From: Antedon mediterranea
Lineage: Eukaryota > Animalia > Echinodermata
DNA length: 64,000 nucleotides
Direction of reading: 5' to 3'
Assembly: GCF_964355755.1 (NCBI RefSeq)
Contig: NC_092673.1
Location: 35,647,648-35,711,647 of the forward strand
The position numbers and the translations under genes are program-made. Below, one piece after another: positions 49,901-62,839 of the stretch; within the stretch, counting starts at the first letter, position 1; the number at the start of each line of letters is the position of its first letter. The notes beneath the pieces were generated by a model. The model had not been told where the DNA came from. It did no database searches and worked only from the letters and a program-made list of their open reading frames with translations.

Positions 49901-52900
49901 AAATTGTTCAGAAACTACACATTTATATCCAGTCTAATGGCATGTTTTTGCAAAAAATGGCGGATTCTAACATTATTGACCTTTGACCTTGATTTATCAT
50001 ATCTTAGCAACCACTAATCTGAGAGACACACAATATGGCTCAAACTGTTTAGAAACTACATATTTATATTTAGTCTAATGGCATGTTTTTGCAAAAAAAT
50101 GCCGATTCTAACATTATTGACCTTTGAACTTTGCACTACATAAAATCGCATAACTTTGAAAATATTGTACATATGAAATTATTTTTAGTGTCAAATTATT
50201 CAGAACATACATGTTTCTATAGAGTCCAATGACACATTATGTCCAATAATGACCTATTGTATGGTTATTAACATTTGAACTATATTTGAAAAGGATTTTT
50301 AAACCCGGAATCTTCTTCATGTAGGCATTCATTAGAACATGTGATTTGGCACTACTTGTTTAGAATATGGTGGTAATTTAAAGTGCATGTAACCAGTTGA
50401 TTTAAATTAAATTTAAAAACTGAAATATTCACTTAAAAAAAAAATATTAGACTATGTATACATACATTATAGGTTTGGATTATTAATAAATTTTTAATTA
50501 GGTCTTACATCTTACTCAGGAGAAAGTTGGTGTTGACACTATTAACAGAGCCAACAAAAATGTATTTTTTTTAATGATATATTGTTACATTGTACATACT
50601 TTAAATAGGCCATGCCATTTTGCAGGTTTATTAACGTTTTGTTCAAGTTAGTAATTTATATTTTGATCAAATTAAATTGCCATTAAATGGCATATTCAAA
50701 AAACAAATTTCTAAAGATTATTTAGTTTATATTTTGCTAAGGATAGCATCGATATTAATGCAACATATTTAGTTTAGTTTAATTAATTGGCTATCGAGAC
50801 TCATAATTAGGCTGACCACCACTTGCAATATTTTCGCCGTATACAGTAAAAACCTCAGTTTCTTATGGAATTTATTTATTTATTTCAATAACCATATACA
50901 GTACGACTACTAGTCGTGTATAGTTTTTAACCTTTTATTACTTGTTTTTGTACTTTTTTTACGTGAATGTATTGTGTATGTACCATGTTTCTATGTGGTT
51001 TAATTTTTACCATTTTTTAACCATCAATTTTAATGCTTTTAATATAAATATATTGTAATTCAGCTTCAGCTGCGAAAACGATAAGAAATAAAATAAACAA
51101 ACGTGTAAACTTGTAGGCAGTTTATGGATGAATGCAATAGTTTATGCTTATAAATTTAGTGTACCATGGCCTACTTTAAACTAAACATAATAAGTCAACA
51201 TTGCAACTCTTACATTTTAGAGTGCCAAATCACATGTTCTAATGGACGTCCACATGAAGAAGATTCCGGGTTTAAAGGCTTTTCAAATATAGTTCAAATG
51301 TTAATAACCATACAATAGGCCATTATTGGACATAATGTGTCATTGGACTCTATAGAAACATGTATGTTCTGAATAATTTGACACTAAAAATAATTTCATA
51401 TGTACAATATTTTCAAAGTTATGCGATTTTATGTAGTGCAAAGTTCAAAGGTCAATAATGTTAGAATCGGCCATTTTTTGCAAAAACATGCCATTAGACT
51501 AAATATAAATATGTAGTTTTTGAACAGTTTGAGCCATATTGTGTGTCTCTCAGATTAGTGGTTGCTAAGATATGATAAATCAAGGTCAAAGGTCAATAAT
51601 GTTAGAATCCGCCAATTTTTGCAAAAACATGCCATTAGACTGGATATAAATGTGTAGTTTCTGAACAATTTAAGCCCTAATTTGTATATCTCCGATTAGT
51701 GGTTGCTGAGATATGAGAATTCAAGGTCAAAGGTCAATAATGTTAGAAATAGCACTTCCATTCATTTTTGGACAAACTTTTTCAATAAAGTGAATATAAA
51801 AACATATATTCTAACGATTTTGACACCATAATTAAGTATCTGTGACTAGCGGTTTTCAAGATACAGAGTACGTTATCAAAAATGGCGGCCATTTTTAATT
51901 ATGCAAATTAGGCTACTTCCCGTTGTTGAAAAATGTCCTAACGTTGATAAATATGTTCAGTAGGGTCTAAAGAACACATTTCATCAAAAAAACCTTTTCT
52001 TGCAATTTGTGTGAGAAAAGGGTCATTTTTTAGCTAAATCCCATGGACTATAAGTACATTTGAGAATACTTGCGAGTCGCAAGTATTCTCAATATACTTA
52101 GTATAAAGTACGAACGAACGAAACATTGAAGATGGACGATTTGTAGGCCCATATAAAATCAGTAGGTTTTATAGGTGGATGGTTAACTGTTTTGTATGAA
52201 ACAATATATTCATGTGTCACTCGTTTAATAGTTCCTTCCATTGTTTAATCACTAATCATCTTATTTCTTCTAACATCCACCCATCATGTTATTTCTTCTC
52301 TCATCTCATCCATCTCTTAAATGCAATTCATCAACTTCTAACAATACCATCATGTATGTTTCAATGTTGTCTCTGTCAAGAGGCAGTTCCTGTGTTGTTG
52401 CTGACTTCGTCTGACCACACCCACTTCGTCTTGTCTTCATTTATTGTTTGATTGATATACGATTTTTAAACTATTTTTTTAAAACTAGATTTTCATGTTG
52501 CTGATGAAATAGAATACTTTAAATGGGCAGCTTTACCTATGTTATTTGGAGCAGTATCAGGGGCATTTGAAGGCATTGGCACGGTAAGTACAGCAAGCTA
52601 GGGGGTCAGCACGGTAAGTACAGCAAGCTAGGGGTCAGCACGGTAAGTACAGCAAGCTAGGGGGTCAGCACGGTAAGTACAGCAAGCTAGGGGGTCAGCA
52701 CGGTAAGTACAGCAAGCTAGGGGTAAGCACTGTATATATAGCAAACAGGCAATACTCTTAATAATGGTGCCCTAAATACAGTAATTTGCAAAAATAAATT
52801 GGCTCAGGCATAAAATGAGAAATTATTATTATTTAACAAAACATTATCGGTACACTGTATTTATATCATAGGCATATTCTGTAATACAGTGTCACATAGG

Positions 52901-55898
52901 TATTACATGTATCTAGGCCACACGCCTAATACAAGCGCTAGATTTGTTATACATAATTGCCTATGGCCCTGTTTCTGCTGCCAACTAAATACCGTATATT
53001 ATACGGTATTTTTTTAATACCGTATATATACGGTATATTTTTGGCAGCAGAAACTGCGCTCATAAAAAATATACCGTATTTTGTATACCGTATTTTCCCC
53101 ACAAAATTTGTGGATAAAATACGGTATTTACAAATTTATACCGTATTTTTTGTACCCGTTTCTGCTGCCAATAAAAAATACCGTATTTTTTTTTTACATG
53201 ACAAAAGGTCAACATTCGTATTTTTATTTTCTGTCGCTGTCAGATGCTTTACACACGTGTATAGATATATTCGGCGAAAATGTGGAGCGAAGACGTCACA
53301 GTTTTACTAAATAAATGTGTGTGGGGAAGCTAAAATGTCTGGCCAACTAATAAAAGGGACAACCACATTTATAAAGACATTTCTAAAAAAATAAAGCAGG
53401 AGTATGGAATAGACTTGTCTCCAAAGCAAGTAAACTCAAAGCTGAAGAGCCTTGCGAAAGCAATACAACATTGCAAAATACAATAACTCGGGGAGGGAAC
53501 GAATTAATTGTCCCCATTACGATGTTTTCTGTGCTCTCACAACATCTCTATCACTAGGGCTAGGCTGTTGAAAGTGAGACGTAAAACTTCCTTTATTGCG
53601 ACTTTTAATTATCGACCAAATAAATGAATGGCAATTTGGGTAAAAAAGATGAAATTTAACACGACCACCCAAGAAGTATTGTTAGCAGAAACGGGGTACT
53701 AAAAAATACGGTATAAAAAATACCGTATTTTATACCGTATTTTTATACCGTATTTTGAGCAGTTGCAGCAGAAACAGGCCCTATGATACTGGGTATACAA
53801 TGCCATGCAGATACAGTGTAGATAATCGGATGTATTTTATGACTTGAGAGTCAAAAGTGAAACTACAGCTAGTGTATCGTTTATTATAATAAATTTCAAA
53901 AACGTCATTGCATTGCAGGTGATTCCGGTTGAGGCTAGCATGGTAGGAAATCGACACATGTACCCATACTTCTTACACTTGACAATATGCATTCTAGCCC
54001 TTATCCTATCGTCTTTAGGAATCTCTGGCTACCTAAGGTATGGACATGCAACACAGCAGATTATTATTGCAAACCTTATTGAAGAGAACGATTCCATCTT
54101 TCTTACTATTATCTACACTTTAATATGCATAAGTGTGATGCTTACATACCCATTACAGCTGTTCCCTGTCATTGAGGTTATAGAGAATGCACTCTTTTTA
54201 CCAGGTATGTATGATCAATTAAATTCTTTCATATGGCTGCAGTAGCGTGCTTAAGTTAGTGTTTACCGACCGACGACTAACCGACCGACATAGTAAGCTG
54301 TAGAGTCGCAAGCGACAAAAAATTATAAGGAGGTTGAATAATAATTTAAAAAAAAAGTTGACTATCAATTTATCCTGGAAATCACATAAGGTTTATCGCA
54401 AGTAGCGTTTGCGACGCATGATGGGAAGGGTTTGTGAAAAAACGTCACACAACGCGTACGTTACGAATCAATTCCTTGTTTGTCTTTACAGGAAAGATTT
54501 TTGGTCCAAAAACGTTAGTGGTAGAATCTGTGAATGGAGAGGGTGGTATACAAGAAGCTTCCGAGACAGACGCTTTAATTAAAGACAAATCAAAAGTAGG
54601 ATTAGCAGTTGCTGTGCCAAAATCGGTATGTAAACATTCTGCTGTCATGTGATTTAGAATGCTGTGATGATGTTCATGCTTTAATGTAGTCTGGGCTCCA
54701 GACGGAGTTTTGTCTTAATATTAGTAAAAATATAAATATTTTTGCACATATGGCGTTTCATACGTGTATTACTTGAGTATTGTTCAGACAAAAATCGCGG
54801 TCGAAATAAAAACAAATAAATAAAAAAAAAGACAATAAATGCAGACTTGGGGCAAGTCTAGCTTTAATGCGACTAATGTCATTTTTCAAGTATACAAATT
54901 CATACAATTTATCTTAAGTTGAATGTTCTGTTTCTTTTCCATGTCATATGCATACTCAGCACAATATTAAATCTTTTATGATGATGGTTTCGTCCATAAA
55001 TGTATTTTTTCTTCGACTCACTATCAATAATTTACATAAACCCCATCCTAAAACGGTTCCCACTAGAGAGGCAATGCAAGGACGTACGCGCAACGCAAGC
55101 GAGTTGACCAATGACAAGCCACTTTTCGAATAATCCATCGCTTGTGATTGGTCAAATCACTTACGTTGCGTTACGTACTTAACTTGCGTTGCGTCGCTAG
55201 TAGGAACCAAGCTTTAAGCTGCACATGTTTCAGTAAACATGTAATTATGTATAAATACAGAATACAGAATGTTATTGGTCCAAAAAAAGGAAATTCGTTT
55301 CGTTGACAAGCTCAAACAATTAGGAACCAAGCTTTAGTGTAATTTCATTAAAATACTCATGTTTCAGGTGTCGGCATGGAAACGTAATTTAATTCGCCTT
55401 TTACTTATTTGCGCTGAAGTTGGAATCGCCATTTTGTTTAAGGATCAGTATGCATATTTTGGCAGTATATTTGGTATGAATTAATTTTTATTGTTACAAA
55501 GCAAAACGAACAATTAAAACACAAACGTCTTGTAAACAATGTATGTTTTATGATTTTTAATAAAGTGTGATGTGCCTAAATATGGTAGTGTGCCCAAATA
55601 TGGTAGTAATATGACATCATCATGTCTATATATGTCACATCACATAAAGTTTGATAGTGTAGACAGAGCTTGAATAATATTTCATTAATTTATATGTTTT
55701 GCAGGAACAATTGGAGCGTCTGTTCTAGGCTACTTCTTACCCCCACTCATTCACATCAAGTTAAAACGTCATCAGGTTTGGTGGGGGATTACGGCGTTAA
55801 ACGTATTCTTACTGACTGTCTTTGGGGTTATAGGAGGATCTACGAGTCTAGGTCTTGGTATCAAAACTATTGTTGACAGAATGATCAACAACAAATGA
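46924..55898 (+). CDS. Amino-acid transporter, AAAP/Aa_trans family (SLC36-like), copy 1, intact
   Basis: Exons 46924-47031, 48147-48705, 52489-52583, 53919-54204, 54492-54625, 55368-55473, 55705-55898. Motifs ANVLKAFIG, LTYAE, AFEGIGTVIPVE, GYLRYG, LTYPLQLFP; multiple hydrophobic segments. Confidence 0.9.
47112..47607. repeat. Perfect 19-bp minisatellite, ~26 copies, in intron 1 of transporter copy 1
   Basis: Unit gagaatagtgagacactgt. Confidence 0.97.
49532..52050. mobile_element. Foldback element with ~800-bp inverted arms; Academ-like non-autonomous transposon
   Basis: Termini tagtccatgggattta...taaatcccatggacta (TAG...CTA) with TAA on both sides. 49532-~50355 is the reverse complement of ~51220-52050. 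The arms contain ~140-bp internal repeats. Confidence 0.8.
52579..52730 (+). repeat. ~30-bp tandem repeat, 5 copies, each containing the splice donor of transporter exon 3
   Basis: gcacg|gtaagtacagcaagctagggggtca is repeated five times. The first copy is the true exon end at 52583. Confidence 0.9.
52965..53781 (+). mobile_element. Internally deleted PIF/Harbinger element with a Myb/SANT (trihelix) ORF remnant
   Basis: TIR ggccctgtttctgctg / cagcagaaacaggccc, TAT flanks and subterminal taccgtattt repeats. ~53280-53470 translates with frameshifts to MWSEDVTVLL...KRDNHIYKDISKKIKQEYGIDLSPKQVNSKLKSL. Confidence 0.75.
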
Positions 55899-56271
55899 AA
55901 ATAACTAAATCATGGTGATATTTGTCCATTATAAGCTTGAATGTAATTTGTATGTTATAGGTCTTAATACAAAAATATTATTTTATAGTTTTAAAATTAT
56001 GAATATTTATTATTAGTCAAGCTTTAAAAAGCTATTTAAACATTTTAATTGGTGCAATTAATTTTAACATATTATACAGTCTACAGTTACAAAAAGAGGT
56101 CAAATTAGTATATGAAAAGACGCTTATTATTAACAAAATTTATGAGGTTATAAAAATGATATCTAAAACTATTTTACATAATATCAGGAATGTATATAAT
56201 ACATAAATAAATATTTTATATTATATATCAATTGGAAAAGTGGTTACTCTGTTTTATTAACTAACTGCACA

Positions 56272-56503
56272 GACGCAACGCAAACACGTAGACGCAACAA
56301 GTAAGATGACCAATGACAAGCGACAGTTCGACGCAACGCAAACACGTAGACGCAACAAGTAAGATGACCAATGACAAGCGACAGTTCGACGCAACGCAAA
56401 CACGTAGACGCAACAAGTAAGATGACCAATGACAAGCGACAGTTCGACGCAACGCAAACACGTAGACGCAACAAGTAAGATGACCAATGACAAGCGACAG
56501 TTC
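56272..56503. repeat. 58-bp tandem repeat, 4 copies, derived from MITE family B internal sequence
   Basis: Unit gacgcaacgcaaacacgtagacgcaacaagtaagatgaccaatgacaagcgacagttc. Confidence 0.92.
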
Positions 56504-57910
56504 GAATAATCATTTCTTTTTGGTCAAATTACAATGTATGCACTACAAAAGTTAGAGCAAGTGGAGCAATAACGTTTGCTCCTAAATGGAAGAAGAACCA
56601 ATCTTGAGCAGGTAAGTCGAAACAAGGCAATCTAACAACAGGATGAGCTCCGGAGATCAAAGGGTTTATCTGTGGCTGCGACACGATAGGTTTCATGGCC
56701 CTTAAAGCTTGGTTCCCACTAGTGACGCAACGTAACGCAACCAACGCAACGTAGGAAAATGCCCTTCCACTCATTGTGCTTACCCCCGCCTGCGTGAAAT
56801 CAAACCTGCGATGTTTGCAGCATGCACTGTTGCATCGTCGGTTCCCACTTGTGATTACGCAATACAGCATTTTGCGTCGATACGTCGCTGCGTTACGTTA
56901 CGTTGCGTCTAGTGGGAACCACGCTTAACAGACGCCGCGTGCACAGCGGAGAAAATGCACATAGTACAATACTGTTGGTATTGTCGCAGCCAGACATAAG
57001 ATCAAAAGACTTTTACGAGTTCTTTGGTGGCCGAAATAAACCTACATACGGTAATATATTTATTTGAAAAATTCAAATCAAAGTTAACTATTAACTACAA
57101 TACCAAAACATAGGCCTACCAGCAGATATGGCATATGGAACTGATAATCAACAAGGGTTTTGGAATCCAAATTTCAGAGCCAGAGAATCTATACATTATA
57201 ATATACAATGACAGTCGCAAATCAAAAACAAATTTTAAACTCCTTCCAATGAAGACATGACCAGAAGGAATATGGACACAAAATAGTTGTACCACTTAAA
57301 TGGATATACTTAGACTATTCTGCTGTAACATAGTTTAGCCTGGAGATAATTCTACACTAGAACATTTGGGTAATTTGTTTACAGAAAAAACAAACACAAA
57401 CAAAAGCTTATTCTTTTTTGGGCATGTATTGGGAAATTTCCCGTTTCTTTGCAGTTTCCAATTTGGACTAATTAGGTGATATTGTGATTTTCCAAAGGTT
57501 ATATATTATGTGTATGAGGCCTAGGGATATTGTTAAAGGCAGGACGTATAGCTTAACATATTGCCACACTTGGCGTTTGAATGTTTTGAAGGTCCTGCAG
57601 CAGCAGAAAGATAGGTGGTTTAAAGTTAACTTATCCAGGAGAATTCCTCGACGTTTGTGGTTGTTGAGGTATACATTCTTTTATTCCGATGTCACGCTGT
57701 GTCAAGGAATAGTAAATATATTAGGTACAGAGGTCAAAGGTTACGTTATTGTTATATAGTTACAATTTAATAGTTCCAGACATGCATACATAAACAAATA
57801 TAACTGCGTTTTTTAAAACCTAACAATGGTTGGTATTTTATCAGTCTGTCGTGGTCTGTATTAGCTATATTACCATCGATATATCCACTCGACATTTTTG
57901 TATTTCAGTC

Positions 57911-60900
57911 ATGGTTTCCTGCGGACGAAATTTTGTAGATTTTGCAAATGATTTGTTGGATGTACATACCTTAGTATTGCTTATTGGTTCAGCCAATGCG
58001 GTTTACTTGTGAGTAAATCATTGTTATTAATTGAATATAAAATGAAGTAAAATAAAATGTCAATGAGTTATTGTTTTTAGTTAGAAAAAATGTCGCTCCG
58101 AGTGTCTTGTAATAGGCCTAAGGTAAACCCAACCAAATTAGGAGAATCCTAAACGGTCCAATTCTATATTTAAATTAAGAAGACATGTGTATTGATAATT
58201 AGACATTATTAATATGTATTGATAATTAGACATTATTAGTAATTATAATCTTAATTTCAACATTGCTTATTTTGTACATTGACTATTTTTTGGGAAAATT
58301 TGTATTTACAGTTGAGTCTAATATGCATCGTAGTAATAGCCCTAGCAACAGATTACTGCACTAATTTAATGATTGTATGCAAGTATGAGATTATTGATAG
58401 ACTGACAAGAATTGATAAAGACGAACAAGATATAACGACTGAAGAAAAGGAACACCAGAACAAGGAACGTGAAAGAATTAGCCGAAATCTTACTTATGCA
58501 GAAATTGCAAATTTCAGTTTAGGAAAGAAAGGCTTGTATACCGTTAACGCTGCAATTTTCATTACGCAATTTGGATACACAATTCAATATATAATATTTC
58601 TTGGAAACACAGTGCAATCTCTATTTCTATTTGGTGATACACCAGTTACAAATACTAGCACTATTACGGTGGCGGACAATGCCAGAGTAGGCCTAACTAC
58701 TTCACCAACATATAACCTAGTCGTTCTTATACCGATTCCTTTTTTTATTGCGTGTTCGTTGTTACGGGATGTCCGTAATTTGGCACCAATAAGTTTGGCT
58801 GGAAATGCTGCAATATTTTGTGGATTGTTTGCAACTCTTGCAATTATTTATAGTGGTAAAGTATATTGTTTATTTATGAAAACATTCCATGATTTTACAT
58901 ATCAATAACAGTAGGTTTTAGGCTATAGATGGAAAATATGCCTTACTCATTGTACAAAATAGTGAATGCTTATTATGCGTTGAATAGTGAGAATATTACA
59001 CTATTGGTTGTCGGATTTACTGCTCTATTTAACGAGCGATTTATTACCTTTTTTATTTTTTTCAAATTATTTTCTTCATTAGATTTTCATGTTGCTGATG
59101 AAATAGAATATTTTAAATGGGCAGCTTTACCTATGCTATTTGGAACATTATCTGGGGCATTTGAAGGCATTGGCACTGTAAGTACAGCAAGCTAGGGGGT
59201 CAGCACTATAAGAACATCCAGCTAGGGGGTCAGGGAGCAGCATCAGACATTTTAAGGAGTCAGCCAGCATGCTGCCTATGGAATTTAAAAACCAATTGAA
59301 GTATATTATAAAGAACAAACATAAATAATGAATTATTATCGCTCGACTAAGAAGTCAAGAAAATGGAACCTATACAAAGAAAGCAAACCTTAAAAATACA
59401 TTTTATACTGATAAACCACATATTTATTCTATATTATTTAACAAATAATAATAGATTTCAAAAACGTCATTGCATTGCAGGTGATTCCGGTTGAGGCTAG
59501 CATGGTAGGAAATCGACACATGTACCCATACTTCCTACACTTTACAATATGCATTCTAGCCCTTATCCTATCGTCTTTAGGAATCTCTGGCTACTTAAGG
59601 TATGGACATGCAACACAGCAGATTATTATTGAAAATCTTATTGAAGACGAGAATTCTATGTTTCTTACTATAGTGTATTCTTTGATATGCATAAGTGTGA
59701 TGCTTACATACCCACTGCAGCTGTTCCCTGTCATTGAGGTCATAGAGAATGCATTCTTTTTACCAGGTATGTATATGATCAATTAAATTATCACCAGAAA
59801 ATAATAAAATCAAATTTGCTTGAAAAACGCATGTTGGTTCCCATTGACGTAACGTAGTGGCAACGGAAGGACAAACGCAAAACAGATTACGCGACACTAA
59901 TCTAAACATGGTTTTACTGTAATATGAATGTTTTTTAACTGCTATAAAACTATCTTAATTTTCAATATGTGTACGTTAAAAAAAGTGTCGTATTTCTTAG
60001 GCGATTCCTTTATTTATTACAATAAACTAAACTGTAAAATAAACATATTTGTATCTTTTTAAAGGCAAGATTTTTGGTCCTGAGAATGGATCAGAGACAG
60101 ATACTTTAATTAAAGAAAAAGCAATAGCGGGCGTAGCGGTTGCTGTTCCAACATCGGTATGTACATGAGTTAATTTACTAATGACTCGGTTACCTCACTA
60201 ATAATATTAATTCTTAATTCGAACAATTCTTGATCGACTACTTGGCATGTTTAGGCTAATTCAGTTGATGAACACCACACCAGTTCACACTTGCCAAATT
60301 ATTATATTATTTTTAGTTTAAATGTTTTGTTTCTTTTTCATTCAAAAAATTAAAGAGTCTTGAGGGACTTGATGATGTCATATCACTACCATATTTATAC
60401 ACTATACTACTCTATACACTTTCTTGCCAAACTAGTTTGATAGTGTAGACAGAGCTTTACAAGCTAAATTAATTCTTACTTTAAATACATCTGACTTGTT
60501 ACAACAGCATAACGTACCCGCAATGAACTCCGAGTACTAATTACACGGTTCTCATGTCGTTTATGAATTATTACGTCATTCTGTTAATTAATCATGCGAG
60601 ACGGATTGTAACTAGCGCCATCACATTCGTTGCTTTAGCATTTGCTCTTTTTTCATTTTATTTATTGAAACTTAATAAATGAATTTGAATTTAGCTTGTT
60701 GGTATAAAATCCAAATACTAATTATTTTGGTTAATTTTAATATGCATTCTAAGCATTATTTCACTAAGACTTAAGTTAAAATACTCATGTTTCAGGTGTC
60801 GGCATGGAAACGTAATTTAATTCGCCTTTTACTTATTTGCGCTGAAGTTGGAATCGCCATTTTCTTCAAGAATCAGTATGCATATTTTAGCAGTATAATT

Positions 60901-61351
60901 GGTATGACTTAATTATGAATTTGTTATAATAAAATTAATAATTGGGAGAATGGGAGAAAATCAAATTTACACATTAATTTTGTTCTGCCTGGGGCAGGCT
61001 GAAAACAAAACATATTAAAGCAGCTATCAATTTATGTTAAAGGATGGCTATGACACACAGACAGACAAACAAATGACCGAGAAACTGTTGGTTGTCCTGT
61101 AATATTACAATTTATATTCCAGTAATGTATACAGTATCTTTGTTCTAAAATTCACAGGATCAATTGGAGCGCCTGTTCTAGCCTACTTCTTACCACCACT
61201 CATTCATATCAAGTTAAAACGTCATCAGGTATGGTGGGGGATTACAGCATTAAACGTATTCTTACTGACTGTCTTTGGGGTTATAGGAGGATCTACAAGT
61301 CTAGGTCTTGGTATCAAAACTATTGTTGACAGAATGATCAACAACCAATGA
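57911..61351 (+). pseudogene. SLC36-like transporter copy 2, with a 10-bp frameshifting deletion in the first coding exon (young pseudogene, null allele or assembly error)
   Basis: Exons 57911-58008, 58312-58855, 59083-59177, 59481-59766, 60065-60156, 60796-60901 and 61158-61351 closely match copy 1. Exon 1 is 98 nt versus 108 nt (tcttaaaagc missing). Confidence 0.7.
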
Positions 61352-61936
61352 AAATAGCTAAATAATGTTGTCAGGAAACTATAGATCTATCTTCGATATG
61401 GGACAACATATCACCATGACGACCAATTCTTATTATATCTATAAGCAAAGTTAACTATTAACTAACTGTTAACTAAAAACATACCAGCAAATAGTTGGCT
61501 GTATAAAATACTATATGTACTAAACTACTGAGTGTTTTTGGGGATTTAAAACCAAAATTCAAACAAAATTAATATATAATACCAGCGGATATAATTAGTC
61601 TTAGTTTCTCAACACGTTCAGTGATTGAAAGAAACCGGAATAGAGTATCGAAAATAAGTTCTTTGTAACACTTTATCATTAATAATTGTGTTGGGATTTT
61701 GGAGAGATCATACATCGACAGTTTGTTTGTTTCTGCGGAATTTGTTGACGATTTGTGCTCAAAGGAAAGTTACATTTCAATAATCCTCAACAAAATGGGT
61801 ATTTGACCCGATTGTGGAAATAAATGTGTGATTATAACATAACCAGTTACCAAATTAATGGATATATGCCAAGTCATATTAAAAAGCAAGATCATTGAAG
61901 TAAATCATCCAGAAACGATCTCTATTATAGATAATA

Positions 61937-62491
61937 ATGATGAAGGCCACAGATTGTTCACTGTTTTTCTTTACATATTGTGTTGTAGCTGCCATTCAAA
62001 TCACGATGTGTTATGATTGTATTAAAAAGCAGAAAGTTACTGAAAGTCAAATAAAACTAGTTGGCTTTGGTCGTCTGTTTTATCAGCATTCATTGTATAA
62101 ACAAGTTAATTTTGCCAGTATAAAAGATCGCTTGGCGCCAGAAAAATCACCACCAGCTTATTTTCTTCATTCTGGTCATTTTTATATTCTCAGTTACAGC
62201 AAGCAAAATTCATGCAAGTGGCATCGTATAAAACACCGATATTTCAACAGAAAAATATACATAAAAACAGGTAATAAAAGAAAAAAGTGTTACACATTCC
62301 TACAGTGTTACTGGCATAAGCGGAAATATTACTGCTTTAAAAATGGACGTTACATAAAGCAACGTATAGTCCATAAATATGGTAAAACCTGCATTCATCA
62401 TGTACATCGCTGTAGGCATCCGGAAAATCATCATCTATTTTCGAATTCAGAGGCGATGTTCACTTTTAGACATCGCTTTACATATAAATAA
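61937..62491 (+). CDS. Putative secreted cationic Lys/His/Tyr/Cys-rich protein (184 aa), family unknown
   Basis: Uninterrupted, non-repetitive 555-nt ATG-started ORF in AT-rich DNA, with a hydrophobic N-terminus (LFFFTYCVVAAIQITMC) resembling a signal peptide. Confidence 0.5.
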   Translation: MMKATDCSLFFFTYCVVAAIQITMCYDCIKKQKVTESQIKLVGFGRLFYQHSLYKQVNFASIKDRLAPEKSPPAYFLHSGHFYILSYSKQNSCKWHRIKHRYFNRKIYIKTGNKRKKCYTFLQCYWHKRKYYCFKNGRYIKQRIVHKYGKTCIHHVHRCRHPENHHLFSNSEAMFTFRHRFTYK

Positions 62492-62839
62492 CATTACGAC
62501 CATAATTGTCTTGACATCTTGTGTAATGATAAGTTTTAATTTCTTTGTTGACAGTAATTATACGATATATAAGTTGAAAGATTATTATTCATGGATTGCG
62601 ATTTTGCACCATTACGTGAGTTGACAAATCACAAGCGACAGTTCGGATGATCTATCGCGTCGTGATTGGTCCGAATTACTTGTGGCGTGCTTCTTACGTC
62701 CGTTCCGCGTGCGGGTGGGTACCAAGAAAAAAAAAGCTTTAGTCTAGATACTCAAGAAAACACTTCTTACTTTACATCCAACAGTATTGTAATCCATCTA
62801 CACAACGCACGACATCAAGAACAATACTAATAATACTAG

